Source: an uncultured Clostridia bacterium (lineage in GTDB: Bacteria; Bacillota; Clostridia; TANB77; CAG-508). From it: 64,000 bases of DNA. Positions 19,073 to 28,958 of the stretch are shown piece after piece (within the stretch, counting starts at the first letter, position 1; each line of letters opens with the position of its first letter). A program made the position numbers and the translations under genes. The DNA is taken from positions 6,797 through 70,796 of the forward strand of contig CAKPBB010000001.1 of NCBI GenBank assembly GCA_934140005.1. The letters run 5' to 3'. The notes under the pieces are model-generated. The model was not told the DNA's origin and searched no databases. It saw only the letters and a list, made by a program, of their open reading frames with translations.

Positions 19073-20395
19073 TTACTCCCTTTCTTGTGATTTTTGTGCA
19101 TTTTCTTTTATATCTTGTAGCCTTAACTTACTATTCGTATTAGCTAAAACTTTTTTATGATCAATTTTCACTTTTTCTATAAAATCATCCATAAAGTGTT
19201 CTCTATTTTCAAGTTGTTCTAAAGCCTTGTTTTGAGCATCTGTGCCATACATTTCTTCTAGTTCTACTAAACTAATTTGACTACCATTTAAAAAACTCTC
19301 TACCTCTGTTACCATTAAATTTGCTAATTTATCAGCACCTATAAATAATAATTGCCCTAAAGCCTTAGTTTGGATACCCTTTCCATCTGGCGTAGAAAAC
19401 ATATAAATTTGTCCATCTTTAAAAACACCAATTCCTGGATTGGTTGGATCTAATATCAAAGTTATATTTTGTTCTGGAATATCAACAGCTGTTACAGCAT
19501 GATTACCAAAAAACTTAGTAATATCTATTTCTTCTTCCTCGTTAGAGTTCTCTTGTTCATCATTACTTGCAACTGTATTATTATTTTGAATTATATTTCT
19601 ATCTATGTTTGCTAAATTATACTCTTCTTCTCCCATATATACAACTACATTTCTAGCATTGTATTTAGGATTTATTGCATTAAGTTTTGCAGTTATATCA
19701 TCTGAGAAATTTCTACAAACTCCTACTCCTTCTTCATTCAGACTTAAACGCCAAAACCCCATAACATCATACTCTTTTGGAGTAGCATATCCATCAATTT
19801 CTTTCCACATATCAGACATAACTTTCATAAATATTTGAATGTCTGATAAATGCATTGAATTTACTTTTTGTGCATACTTTTCAATTTTTTTATCGTAATT
19901 TTCAATTTCTTCAGCATATTGAATTGCATTTTCTGATTTCATTTTTCTAGTGTTAATTTCTGTTGCAGCAACAGTTGCTGTTGGAAAAAATACAGTGCTA
20001 GCCATAGTAATAGGCATAATTTTATTTACTAATAAAAATTTTAATTTTTTAAATATATCTGGCTTCTTACCAGTTTCATTATATATATCAGTTTCGTACA
20101 TCTCATCTAAATTTTCAACATATTTTGTTTTACCAAATTTAGCATAAATTTCTTCAAAGCGCCCTTCATCCATCAATCTTTCGACTTCTCGCTTCCTTAT
20201 TTTACTTGGAGTCGCCAAATTGTAAATTGTTCTTCCATATAGCTGATATATTTTGTCATATTTTTTATTTTTTCTTAATGCTAATATAGCTTTTAATCTT
20301 TTTTTCGTAACAGCATGTTTTTTTAGTTCTTTTTTATTCATAAACTCAATAATCTCCGATTGTATATTTTCTCTTTTAGTAAATTTTCTGTACAT
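19073..20395 (-). CDS. membrane-anchored protein with transglutaminase-like (papain-fold) Cys-His-Asp signature
   Basis: 440 aa. GVGVCRNFSDD...NHAVTAVD...LILDPTN fits the transglutaminase-core pattern G-x-C-x-x-F ... H-A-W/V ... D-P-T. One TM segment. The stop is 5 nt before the tex start. Confidence 0.4.
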   Translation of the reverse strand: MYRKFTKRENIQSEIIEFMNKKELKKHAVTKKRLKAILALRKNKKYDKIYQLYGRTIYNLATPSKIRKREVERLMDEGRFEEIYAKFGKTKYVENLDEMYETDIYNETGKKPDIFKKLKFLLVNKIMPITMASTVFFPTATVAATEINTRKMKSENAIQYAEEIENYDKKIEKYAQKVNSMHLSDIQIFMKVMSDMWKEIDGYATPKEYDVMGFWRLSLNEEGVGVCRNFSDDITAKLNAINPKYNARNVVVYMGEEEYNLANIDRNIIQNNNTVASNDEQENSNEEEEIDITKFFGNHAVTAVDIPEQNITLILDPTNPGIGVFKDGQIYMFSTPDGKGIQTKALGQLLFIGADKLANLMVTEVESFLNGSQISLVELEEMYGTDAQNKALEQLENREHFMDDFIEKVKIDHKKVLANTNSKLRLQDIKENAQKSQERE

Positions 20396-20493
20396 TGTTT
20401 AGCGAAGCTTTTATATAATAGGAAGTGCAAAGCGCTTTCCTATTATATAACAAAAGTGGAAGAACAATATGTTTTCCACTTTTATTTAACCAA

Positions 20494-22080
20494 CTATTTT
20501 GATTGTTCTTCTAAATATTCATCATAAGTACATTCACGGATAACTACTTCATTATTTGAAATATCAATTATTTTATTTGCAACAGTTTGCATCAATTGAT
20601 GGTCGTGTGAAGTAAATATCATGATTCCTTTATATTTTTTCATACCTTCATTTAATGCTGTGATACTTTCCATGTCTAAATGATTTGTAGGTTCATCAAA
20701 CATTAAGAAGTTTGCACCAGAAAGCATAAGCTTTGACAAAACACATCTAACTTTTTCTCCACCAGATAGAACTGTTACATCTTTCAAAGCTTCCTCACCA
20801 GAAAATAACATTCTTCCTAAAAATCCTCTAACATAAGTCTCATCTGGGTCTTTTGAATATTGTCTTAACCAGTCAACAATACTCATTCTTTCTTGGAATA
20901 AATAATTATTATCTTTTGGGAAATAATCAACAGATATTGTTGTTCCAAAATTTATTTCACCAGAATCTGGTTCTAATTCTCCTGCTAATATTTGGAATAA
21001 TACAGTTTTAGCAATTTCATTATCTGATAATAATGCAACTTTATCTTCTCTTTTTATTGTAAAGCTTAAATTATCTAAGATCTTTTCTCCATTGATTGTT
21101 TTTGTTAAATTCTTTACTTCTAAAACTTCTTTTCCCTGTTCTCTATCTGGTTTAAAATCAATATATGGATATTTTCTATTAGATGGTTTAATTTCATCTA
21201 ACTCAATTTTCTCTAATGATTTTTTTCTAGAAGTTGCTTGTTTTGACTTTGAAGCATTAGCACTAAATCTTGCAATAAATTCTTGTAATTCTTTAATTCT
21301 CTCTTCTTTTTTCTTATTTGCTTCTTTCATTTGTTTTAATGCTAATTGGCTTGATTCATACCAGAAATCATAGTTTCCTGGATATAATTTTATTTTTCCA
21401 AAATCAACATCAGCAATATAAGTACAAACCTTATTTAAAAAATATCTATCATGTGATACTACTATTACTGTATTTTCAAAATCAATTAAGAAATCTTGTA
21501 ACCAATTGATTGTTTTTAAATCCAAATCGTTTGTAGGCTCATCTAATAATAATACATCTGGATTTCCAAATAAAGCTTGAGCTAATAAAACTTTTACCTT
21601 ATCTTTTGCTTCAATTTCACTCATATACTTATAATGCATATCTGCTTCGATTCCTAAATCATTAAGCATCTTAGCTGCATCTGATTCAGCATTCCATCCA
21701 TCTAATTCAGCAAATCTTTCTTCCAATTTTGCTGCTTTCATTCCATCTTCTTCTGAAAAATCTGGCTTACTATATATAGCATCTTTTTCCTTCATAATAC
21801 GATATAGCTCTGTGTTTCCCATCATAACTGTATCTAATAATGTATAACCTTCAAAAGCAAAATGGTCTTGCTTTAAAATAGAAATTCTTTCTCCTTTATC
21901 TAAAACAACTTCTCCCTTATTAGGTTCTATTTCACCTGATAGGATTTTTAAGAAAGTTGATTTTCCAGCACCATTTGCTCCTATAATTCCATAGCAATTA
22001 CCTTTTGTAAATTTAATATTTACATCTTCAAATAATACTCTTTTTCCAAATCTTAGTGTTACGCCATTTGCACTTAACAT
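20494..22080 (-). CDS. ABC-F family ATPase, YbiT/YkpA-like
   Basis: 528 aa with two ABC domains and no TM domain. NBD1 has GANGAGKST. The linker is ...KKKEERIKELQEFIARF.... NBD2 has LSGGEKVR and LMFDEPTNHLD. Confidence 0.88.
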   Translation of the reverse strand: MLSANGVTLRFGKRVLFEDVNIKFTKGNCYGIIGANGAGKSTFLKILSGEIEPNKGEVVLDKGERISILKQDHFAFEGYTLLDTVMMGNTELYRIMKEKDAIYSKPDFSEEDGMKAAKLEERFAELDGWNAESDAAKMLNDLGIEADMHYKYMSEIEAKDKVKVLLAQALFGNPDVLLLDEPTNDLDLKTINWLQDFLIDFENTVIVVSHDRYFLNKVCTYIADVDFGKIKLYPGNYDFWYESSQLALKQMKEANKKKEERIKELQEFIARFSANASKSKQATSRKKSLEKIELDEIKPSNRKYPYIDFKPDREQGKEVLEVKNLTKTINGEKILDNLSFTIKREDKVALLSDNEIAKTVLFQILAGELEPDSGEINFGTTISVDYFPKDNNYLFQERMSIVDWLRQYSKDPDETYVRGFLGRMLFSGEEALKDVTVLSGGEKVRCVLSKLMLSGANFLMFDEPTNHLDMESITALNEGMKKYKGIMIFTSHDHQLMQTVANKIIDISNNEVVIRECTYDEYLEEQSK

Positions 22081-22108
22081 TTTGATTCCTCCTTTATATA
22101 ACTATTTG

Positions 22109-22137
22109 ATTATACTATAAATATGCAATTATTGCAA
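22109..22137 (-). promoter_or_regulatory. sigma-A promoter of the ABC-F gene
   Basis: On the minus strand: TTGCAA (22132-22137), 17-nt spacer, TATAAT (22109-22114). Confidence 0.5.
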
Positions 22138-22215
22138 ACTATTATTTGCAAATTGATGCAAAAAAACAGACTACAAAAAATTTGCAATCTGTTTTATATT
22201 TATTTAATAAATTTA

Positions 22216-22899
22216 TTATCTTTCTCCATGAGTTTCTGGTCTAGTTTGTTTTGGTGTTGAACCATTCATTCTTTGTGACATAAGCTTTTCCAAATTTGCT
22301 TTTGTAGCCTCACTCATTAAAGGAATCATTCCTGGGAAAATCCCTTTAGTTAAGTCTATTCCAAAAATATTTTTTCCATCTCTATTTCTAACCATTAATG
22401 GTTCCATAAGTTCAGTCGCTCTTGCCATATATAATAGTTCTATTAAAGCATCTGTATTATTTGGATCAGCCCATAAAGTTGCATATTCAATTTTTCCTTT
22501 TGGATCTGTTTGACTTTTGCGCAAAACTTTAGAAACATTAGTTCCATCTGGACATTTGTATCTAAAAAAATCTACAGGAACTCCTCTATAATAATCAGGA
22601 TCTTCTGGTTTTAACCCCTTGTTGAAAAAAACAACTTTTAATTGTCTTATAAGTTTTGATACTACACGACTTGCTTGTGTTGCTTTTACAATCTCCATAT
22701 ATACTTCTGGATATTCTGGAACTGGTTTTTCACATAATTCCACTTTTACCATCAAGTTCTTTTTAGGGTCGCTTTTTGATGTCAATTTATTTCCATCTTC
22801 ATCTGTTGTAAAAAATTCATATACTCGGTGAACATTTGCTACATTTAGATCTTCTATCTTTTGTATGTCTGCTAGTGTATCAATTTTTTTACTATCCAT
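22216..22899 (-). CDS. hypothetical protein
   Basis: 227-aa ORF with a GGAG-type RBS (AAAAAAGGAGATTAAAATATG). No motif recognised. Confidence 0.5.
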   Translation of the reverse strand: MDSKKIDTLADIQKIEDLNVANVHRVYEFFTTDEDGNKLTSKSDPKKNLMVKVELCEKPVPEYPEVYMEIVKATQASRVVSKLIRQLKVVFFNKGLKPEDPDYYRGVPVDFFRYKCPDGTNVSKVLRKSQTDPKGKIEYATLWADPNNTDALIELLYMARATELMEPLMVRNRDGKNIFGIDLTKGIFPGMIPLMSEATKANLEKLMSQRMNGSTPKQTRPETHGER

Positions 22900-23109
22900 A
22901 TTTTAATCTCCTTTTTTAGATTACTTTCATATTATAACATAATTTACATAATTAAACAACCCATTAGTAAAATTTAGTAATTCTTTGTACTTTCGTGAAA
23001 ATTTACATTGTAACTAATTTGTATTTTTATTGTAACACTGTTGTTATTGTAGTTTTTTGCAAATATTTATATACTATCATTAGATTATAATATATTTTGG
23101 AGTAATGTT

Positions 23110-24816
23110 ATGGCTAATTTAAATAATGTTGGCGAAATGTCTTTATCTCAGTTAGAACAGAATATCGAAGCAAACTTTGGAAAAAAATCTACAAATGATT
23201 TGCTTCAAGTTTTAAATACAACAAAATTAGATAAGGATACTGCGCCTATTTTTTACGCCTCTTTGTATCGAGCTTTAACAGCTGCAAATTCTACTACAAT
23301 TCTCCAAAACCCAACAAGCTTGACAAATTTCGTACAAAAAGTTGAAAATAATGTAATTGAATTCCAACAGGCTAAACAGCAAAAAATTGAGGAATTAAAA
23401 TTACATCAGCAACATCAACAAAATAGATTAGAAAATTTAGAAAATCTATCTTTAGAAAATCTTAAAAATTATACTATTGAACAGCGTACACAAATTTTTA
23501 TGCGTTTTGCAACAATATTGAATTTTGATGAAAAAGATCAAAATTATGTTGTTCAAAAATTTAATAAACATATAGTAGATCCAAAAGATAAAAATAATAA
23601 TGTTTCAACAGCTGTATTGTTTGGTTTAAAAGATATACATGATTTAGATTGTTTTATGCAAACATTATGGTTGTTTGCAAGAACTGAACAGCATGGAAAC
23701 TTTAGAACTCCTAAAGACGTTGCTAATTTTTTAGAAACTCGTGTTAGAAATGAAACTACAGAAAAGCAAAAAGAAATGTTAGATATAATTGTAAACTCAG
23801 ATCCTGAGGAAAGAAAAAAAAATATTCTAATTGCAAAAAAAATAGATGAACTTCAACAGCAAGGAAAAGTTAATCTTGAAAAACTATCACCTGAAAAAAC
23901 AAATGAATTTATACTTTTTATAAGAAATCAGTTAAATTCAAAAACACAAGACATTGATTTTAGTGATATGGAGTTAGAAGGCACTCTTCAAAACATTATG
24001 GAATCAATCGAAGATCCTGCTAAAGACCAGCCTATATATATTCAAAGTGAAGATTTTGAAAAACAAGAAAACGTAATTAACATGACTGATGATTTCGCGT
24101 CTTTTGATTCACAAGTCGATAATTCATTTGCTACTATAAGACCTAATTCTATATATCAGGAGATTACAAATCCAAAAGATTCTACTCTACATAAGCCTTC
24201 TGAAGCTGAAAAAACTCAAACTGAACCGATGTCTGAAAACAAAGAGCAACAAGATACTTATATTATGGAAGTTCCAGCCAAAAAGAATCTATTTGAAAAT
24301 ATAAGAAATGGCATTTCAAATTTATTTAAACGCTTTACTCAAAAAGCATTACCAGATCCTACTGCTACTAAAGCTAAACATACAAATATGAGCTTAGAAG
24401 ATTACGATAGAAAATCATCAATAATGTCAACAATTCGTTCTATTGGTGATAAAATAACAAATGTTACTAAAAGTATTACAACTTTAGGAAGAACTAATAA
24501 AGAACCTGTTAAAAATGCAGCAACTGTAATATCTACTTCATCAAAAGAAGAGATTAACGAAACACCAAATGCAACAGATAAAAAGATTACCACTCAACAA
24601 AAAACAGAACAAGAGAAAAAAAGTAAACCATTTAGTCCATTTGATCAATGGAAAGTTAATAATGAAGGCAATCGTTTGGAACATAATGCTATGTCAAAAA
24701 TGGAAGCTAAAGATAAACGAGCAAGAACTTCTATAACAATAGGTCAGCCAAATTCTTCAGATAATCGTACTAATAAAAATGACGAAAAAAGTAATGATGA
24801 TGAGCTTATTCAATAA
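23110..24816 (+). CDS. hypothetical protein, Q/N/K-rich C-terminal half
   Basis: 568-aa ORF with no TM segment and no recognisable catalytic motif. The second half is low-complexity. Confidence 0.5.
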   Translation: MANLNNVGEMSLSQLEQNIEANFGKKSTNDLLQVLNTTKLDKDTAPIFYASLYRALTAANSTTILQNPTSLTNFVQKVENNVIEFQQAKQQKIEELKLHQQHQQNRLENLENLSLENLKNYTIEQRTQIFMRFATILNFDEKDQNYVVQKFNKHIVDPKDKNNNVSTAVLFGLKDIHDLDCFMQTLWLFARTEQHGNFRTPKDVANFLETRVRNETTEKQKEMLDIIVNSDPEERKKNILIAKKIDELQQQGKVNLEKLSPEKTNEFILFIRNQLNSKTQDIDFSDMELEGTLQNIMESIEDPAKDQPIYIQSEDFEKQENVINMTDDFASFDSQVDNSFATIRPNSIYQEITNPKDSTLHKPSEAEKTQTEPMSENKEQQDTYIMEVPAKKNLFENIRNGISNLFKRFTQKALPDPTATKAKHTNMSLEDYDRKSSIMSTIRSIGDKITNVTKSITTLGRTNKEPVKNAATVISTSSKEEINETPNATDKKITTQQKTEQEKKSKPFSPFDQWKVNNEGNRLEHNAMSKMEAKDKRARTSITIGQPNSSDNRTNKNDEKSNDDELIQ

Positions 24817-24846
24817 AGTCTTTAACATATTTATTATTTATATATT

Positions 24847-24886
24847 AAAAAAAGAAAATCAGTTTCTCTGCTGATTTTCTTTTTTT
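24847..24886. terminator. bidirectional terminator
   Basis: Stem AGAAAATCAG/CTGATTTTCT flanked by A- and T-runs. Confidence 0.7.
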
Positions 24887-24903
24887 ATGTATTATATTTT
24901 TTA

Positions 24904-27237
24904 TTAATCGATTATCTCTAATCCTGCAAATTTTGCCATTAATCTTTTATGTCCAACTTTTTCAAAACTTATATCTACCTTTAAATCTTCACCTTCAGTT
25001 TCTACACTGTTAATTATTCCTTCACCAAATTTTTTATGGAATACCTTTACTCCTGATTTATAACCACTTAAATCAACATCATTTCCTTTTTTAGTTTGTC
25101 CTAAATTATTTAAGAAGTTTTCTGCTGTTCTAAACTTAAATCCAGAGCTTATTGTTGAATTTGATTTTGCTGCCACACTATTATCTTTATAAGATGTAAC
25201 ACTACCATAGTCTTTAGTATATCCTCCATAACCACTACCAGCTCTGCTGTTTCCATAGCTCCATTCATATCTATCATTGCTTGAAAATCTATTATCATTT
25301 TGTGGCTTAATTGCATCTTCATATCCATCTAACATATTAGCTGGAATTTCTTTCAAAAATCTAGATACACCATTGCAACTTGTTGAACCAAATATTGTTC
25401 TTTGTTTTGCACAAGTCATAAACAATTGTTGCTTTGCCCTTGTGATACCAACATAACAAAGTCTTCTCTCTTCTTCTAATTCCTTTGGTTCGCCAATTGA
25501 TTTATATCCAGGGAAAATTCCTTCTTCCATTCCAACTAAAAATACAACTGGAAATTCTAGACCTTTTGCACTATGTAATGTCATTAAAGTTACTGAATTA
25601 TCTGTATCTTCTACTCCATCTAAGTCAGAACTTAAAGTGATTCCTTCCAAAAATTCACTTAATGAATTTTCTGCAGATTCTTCTTCAAATTCAATAGCAA
25701 CTGTTAAAAATTCATCTAAGTTTTCAATTCTATTTTCTGCCTCAACTGTATTTTCATTTTCTAATGAAGCTGTATACCCTGTTAGTTGTAAAGTTTTCTT
25801 AATAAGTTCTGAAACCTTTGTATTATCTTTTTCTTGTCTTAATTCTTCTATTGTACTAATAAATTCTCTTGTATTTGAAAAAACTCTGGATAATCCAAAT
25901 TCATCAGCTCTTTTAATTACTTCAAACATTGAAATTCCATTAGAAGTGGCTATTGACTCGATATTGTCTAAACTTGTTTTTCCAACCCCTCTTTTAGGTT
26001 CATTTATAATTCTTGTTAAACTCAAATTATCTGCTGTATTTTGAATCAATCTTAAATAGGCAATTATATCTTTAATTTCTTTTCTTTCATAGAATTTTAA
26101 ACCACCAACAATTTTATATGGTACATCTTCTCTTCTTAAAATATCCTCTATACTACGAGATTGTGAGTTCATACGATATAACACAGCAAAGTCAGAATAA
26201 TTATAATGTTCAGAAAGCTTTAAATGTTCTATTTGATTTACTACATAGTTAGCTTCATCATATTCATCATTTCCTCTATATACTTTTGGAAGATTTCCTT
26301 CTTCATTTTTAGTCCATAATTTTTTCTCATATTTTGTTTCATTGTTTTTAATTACGGCATTAGCTGCATTTAAAATGTTTTGTGTACATCTATAATTTTG
26401 CTCTAATTTAATAATTTTAGTACCTGGAAAATCCTTTTCAAAATTTAAAATATTACTTATATCAGCACCTCTAAAAGAATATATACCTTGGTCATTATCT
26501 CCAACAACTGTTATATTTCCATATTTTGAAGCAAGCAAAGTAACTAATGTAAATTGTGCTTTATTTGTATCCTGATACTCATCAACTAATACATATCTAA
26601 ATTTTTCTGTATAATATTCTAAAATATCTGGATTATCCATTAAAATTTGAATTGTAAAATTGATTATATCATCAAAATCAATTGCATTATTTTCTTTTAA
26701 TCTTTTTTGATAAATTCTATATATATCTGCAATTTTTTCTTTTCTAAAATCGCCATTTGCTCTTACAGCATAAGCTGCAGGATCTAGCATTTCGTTTTTT
26801 GCATTACTTATTTCATATAAAACAGATTTATCTGAAAATATTTTATCATCTAAGTCTTGTGATTTTATTATTTGTTTAACCATTGTCTTTTGATCAGATG
26901 TATCAAAAATAACAAAAGAACTTTCAAATCCTAATCTATCAATAAATTTTCTAAGTATTCTTACACATATTGCATGGAATGTACCAATCCACATATCTTT
27001 TGCAATATCTCCAACAAGTTTTTCAACTCTGTCTTTCATTTCATTTGCAGCTTTATTAGTAAAAGTAATAGCAAGTATATTCCAAGGCTTAACATCTTTT
27101 TCATCTATTAAATATGCTATCTTATGTGTTAATACTTTAGTTTTTCCACTACCAGCACCTGCTATAACTAAGCAAGGACCTTCTGTATTAACAACAGCAT
27201 CATATTGTTTATCATTTAATTCATCTAATAATCCCAT
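24904..27237 (-). CDS. pcrA: ATP-dependent DNA helicase PcrA (UvrD family)
   Basis: 777 aa with AGAGSGKTKVLTHKIAYLI (motif I), VDEYQDTN (motif II) and TLHSAKGLEFPVVF. Confidence 0.92.
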   Translation of the reverse strand: MGLLDELNDKQYDAVVNTEGPCLVIAGAGSGKTKVLTHKIAYLIDEKDVKPWNILAITFTNKAANEMKDRVEKLVGDIAKDMWIGTFHAICVRILRKFIDRLGFESSFVIFDTSDQKTMVKQIIKSQDLDDKIFSDKSVLYEISNAKNEMLDPAAYAVRANGDFRKEKIADIYRIYQKRLKENNAIDFDDIINFTIQILMDNPDILEYYTEKFRYVLVDEYQDTNKAQFTLVTLLASKYGNITVVGDNDQGIYSFRGADISNILNFEKDFPGTKIIKLEQNYRCTQNILNAANAVIKNNETKYEKKLWTKNEEGNLPKVYRGNDEYDEANYVVNQIEHLKLSEHYNYSDFAVLYRMNSQSRSIEDILRREDVPYKIVGGLKFYERKEIKDIIAYLRLIQNTADNLSLTRIINEPKRGVGKTSLDNIESIATSNGISMFEVIKRADEFGLSRVFSNTREFISTIEELRQEKDNTKVSELIKKTLQLTGYTASLENENTVEAENRIENLDEFLTVAIEFEEESAENSLSEFLEGITLSSDLDGVEDTDNSVTLMTLHSAKGLEFPVVFLVGMEEGIFPGYKSIGEPKELEEERRLCYVGITRAKQQLFMTCAKQRTIFGSTSCNGVSRFLKEIPANMLDGYEDAIKPQNDNRFSSNDRYEWSYGNSRAGSGYGGYTKDYGSVTSYKDNSVAAKSNSTISSGFKFRTAENFLNNLGQTKKGNDVDLSGYKSGVKVFHKKFGEGIINSVETEGEDLKVDISFEKVGHKRLMAKFAGLEIID

Positions 27238-27256
27238 TTTTCTCTCCTAACATCAA

Positions 27257-27268
27257 GAACTTATGTTT
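27257..27268 (-). promoter_or_regulatory. candidate LexA (Cheo/SOS) box
   Basis: The minus strand reads AAACATAAGTTC, one mismatch from GAAC-N4-GTTC. It lies 6 nt downstream of the pcrA -10 box. Confidence 0.4.
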
Positions 27269-27274
27269 GTATGC

Positions 27275-27303
27275 ATTATATATGTTTTTATATAATTAGT
27301 CAA
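27275..27303 (-). promoter_or_regulatory. sigma-A promoter of pcrA
   Basis: On the minus strand: TTGACT (27298-27303), 17-nt spacer, TATAAT (27275-27280). Confidence 0.55.
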
Positions 27304-27489
27304 TTACTTTTATTTACAATTGACAAACTATATTCAAATTATTTAGTGTTAATCATAAAATTCATTTTAAACATATTGAAAATTGTAACATAAAACTTCC
27401 AAAAAAGGAATAATTTTTACAAATCTATTGTCTATTTTTATCGTATATGTTATTATTTTAATAGATTTTTATATACTTAGGAGGAAATT

Positions 27490-28110
27490 ATGGAAATAAC
27501 AGAAGAGAAAAAAATAATTCCTGCCAAAACTGTTGTAAAAGCTTTAATTACAGGTTTTGTATCTTATGGAATCGTTATAGGATTTTTATTATTTACTATA
27601 GCTTTAGTAGTTAATACATTTGTTTATAATATACCAAATGCAAATCAAAAAGTACTAGCTTTTTCATTACCTTTACTGTTTGCTTTTATTTTATATTTTT
27701 CAATTCACTCAATTTGCAGACTTAGTACTTCAGATTTATTTAATAAGTGTAAAACAGAATCAAATGAAGAATTGCCTAAAATAACATCAAAAATGAACTT
27801 ATTTTTCTTAATTTGTGTTATTGTATTAGTTATTATTTCAAATAGTTTACTAATGCTAAAATTATCAAATGAAAGAAAATCTATTGATATTGCATCTCAA
27901 ACATATAGTACTGTATTTTCAGAAAATTTTACTTCAAATTTAACAAATGAAATGTTAGCTGATTATAATGAGAAGAAAAATCAAACTCTTGCAAGTGCTA
28001 TTATTTTGGAACTATCTTTAGTTGTTTCTTTTATTTCATTAATACCTTATCAAAAGAAAATGATTTTAGAATATAATGACTCTGGAAAAAGAGTAAAATT
28101 AGAAGAATAG
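27490..28110 (+). CDS. hypothetical membrane protein
   Basis: 206 aa with about 4 TM segments and a strong RBS (TAGGAGGAAATTATG). Confidence 0.5.
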   Translation: MEITEEKKIIPAKTVVKALITGFVSYGIVIGFLLFTIALVVNTFVYNIPNANQKVLAFSLPLLFAFILYFSIHSICRLSTSDLFNKCKTESNEELPKITSKMNLFFLICVIVLVIISNSLLMLKLSNERKSIDIASQTYSTVFSENFTSNLTNEMLADYNEKKNQTLASAIILELSLVVSFISLIPYQKKMILEYNDSGKRVKLEE

Positions 28111-28113
28111 AAT

Positions 28114-28139
28114 AAAAACACCTAATATGGTGTTTTTTT
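28114..28139. terminator. bidirectional terminator
   Basis: AAAAACACC-TAATAT-GGTGTTTTT. Confidence 0.65.
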
Positions 28140-28872
28140 ATTTTATAAATTGAGTAAACATTCCTATTATCAAACCTAATATATTTCCTAAACTTCCCAT
28201 TCTTCCTTTATATAATCTATTTGATTCTGGTATTAGTTCACAAGAAACTATATAAAGCATTGCACCTGCTGCAAATGCTAAAGAAATTCCAATTAAATTT
28301 AGAGATATATTACCTATTATAGCTCCAAAAAATGCTCCTATTCCTGTTGTAAGTCCTGAAATAGCTGTTAAAATTATTGATTTTGCTTTACTATATCCAC
28401 CATTCTTCATCGGTACTGCTATTGACATACCTTCTGGTATATCATGAAGTGCAATTGCAATTGCTAATGACAACCCTAATTTTTGAGAAGCATCAAAACC
28501 AGAACCAATTGCTAATCCCTCTGGGAAATTATGTATTGCTAATCCTATGCATATTATAATTCCCGTTTTTAATAAACTATTTTCATTTTCTTTTTTAGAA
28601 TATACCTTATTTACCAATTTATCACAAAAAATCATTGAAATAACACCAAGTAGCACTCCAAATATGCATAAAGTAATTGATACAATCTCTAATGATTCTG
28701 GTATTAAATCAAAACAAATAACTGCTGTCATTAGCCCTGCTGCAAATTCTAAAATAAAACTCAAAAACTTATTAGACTTTACCTTAAAAACTGCACCTAG
28801 AATTCCACCTAAAGTTGTACCTATCATACCAAAAAACAAACCATACATTGTAATCTCACTAATATTATTCAT
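28138..28872 (-). CDS. ZIP family metal (zinc) transporter
   Basis: 244 aa, polytopic, with HNFPEGLAIG and HDIPEGMSIA motifs. Confidence 0.82.
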   Translation of the reverse strand: MNNISEITMYGLFFGMIGTTLGGILGAVFKVKSNKFLSFILEFAAGLMTAVICFDLIPESLEIVSITLCIFGVLLGVISMIFCDKLVNKVYSKKENENSLLKTGIIICIGLAIHNFPEGLAIGSGFDASQKLGLSLAIAIALHDIPEGMSIAVPMKNGGYSKAKSIILTAISGLTTGIGAFFGAIIGNISLNLIGISLAFAAGAMLYIVSCELIPESNRLYKGRMGSLGNILGLIIGMFTQFIK

Positions 28873-28958
28873 ACTATTCTCCTTTTTGTTACAATATATG
28901 ATTTGTTCTATTTTTTATGTATTTTAATTATATAAATCTTTAATAAATTTATTTATAA

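Noticed and set aside
22115-22195. Cluster of TTGCAA/TGCAA repeats upstream of the ABC-F gene, considered as a possible attenuator or leader as in antibiotic-resistance ABC-F genes.
   Set aside because: The repeats are explained by a TTGCAA-17-TATAAT promoter plus the upstream gene's terminator. No leader ORF or alternative hairpins were seen, and the protein looks like housekeeping YbiT/YkpA.
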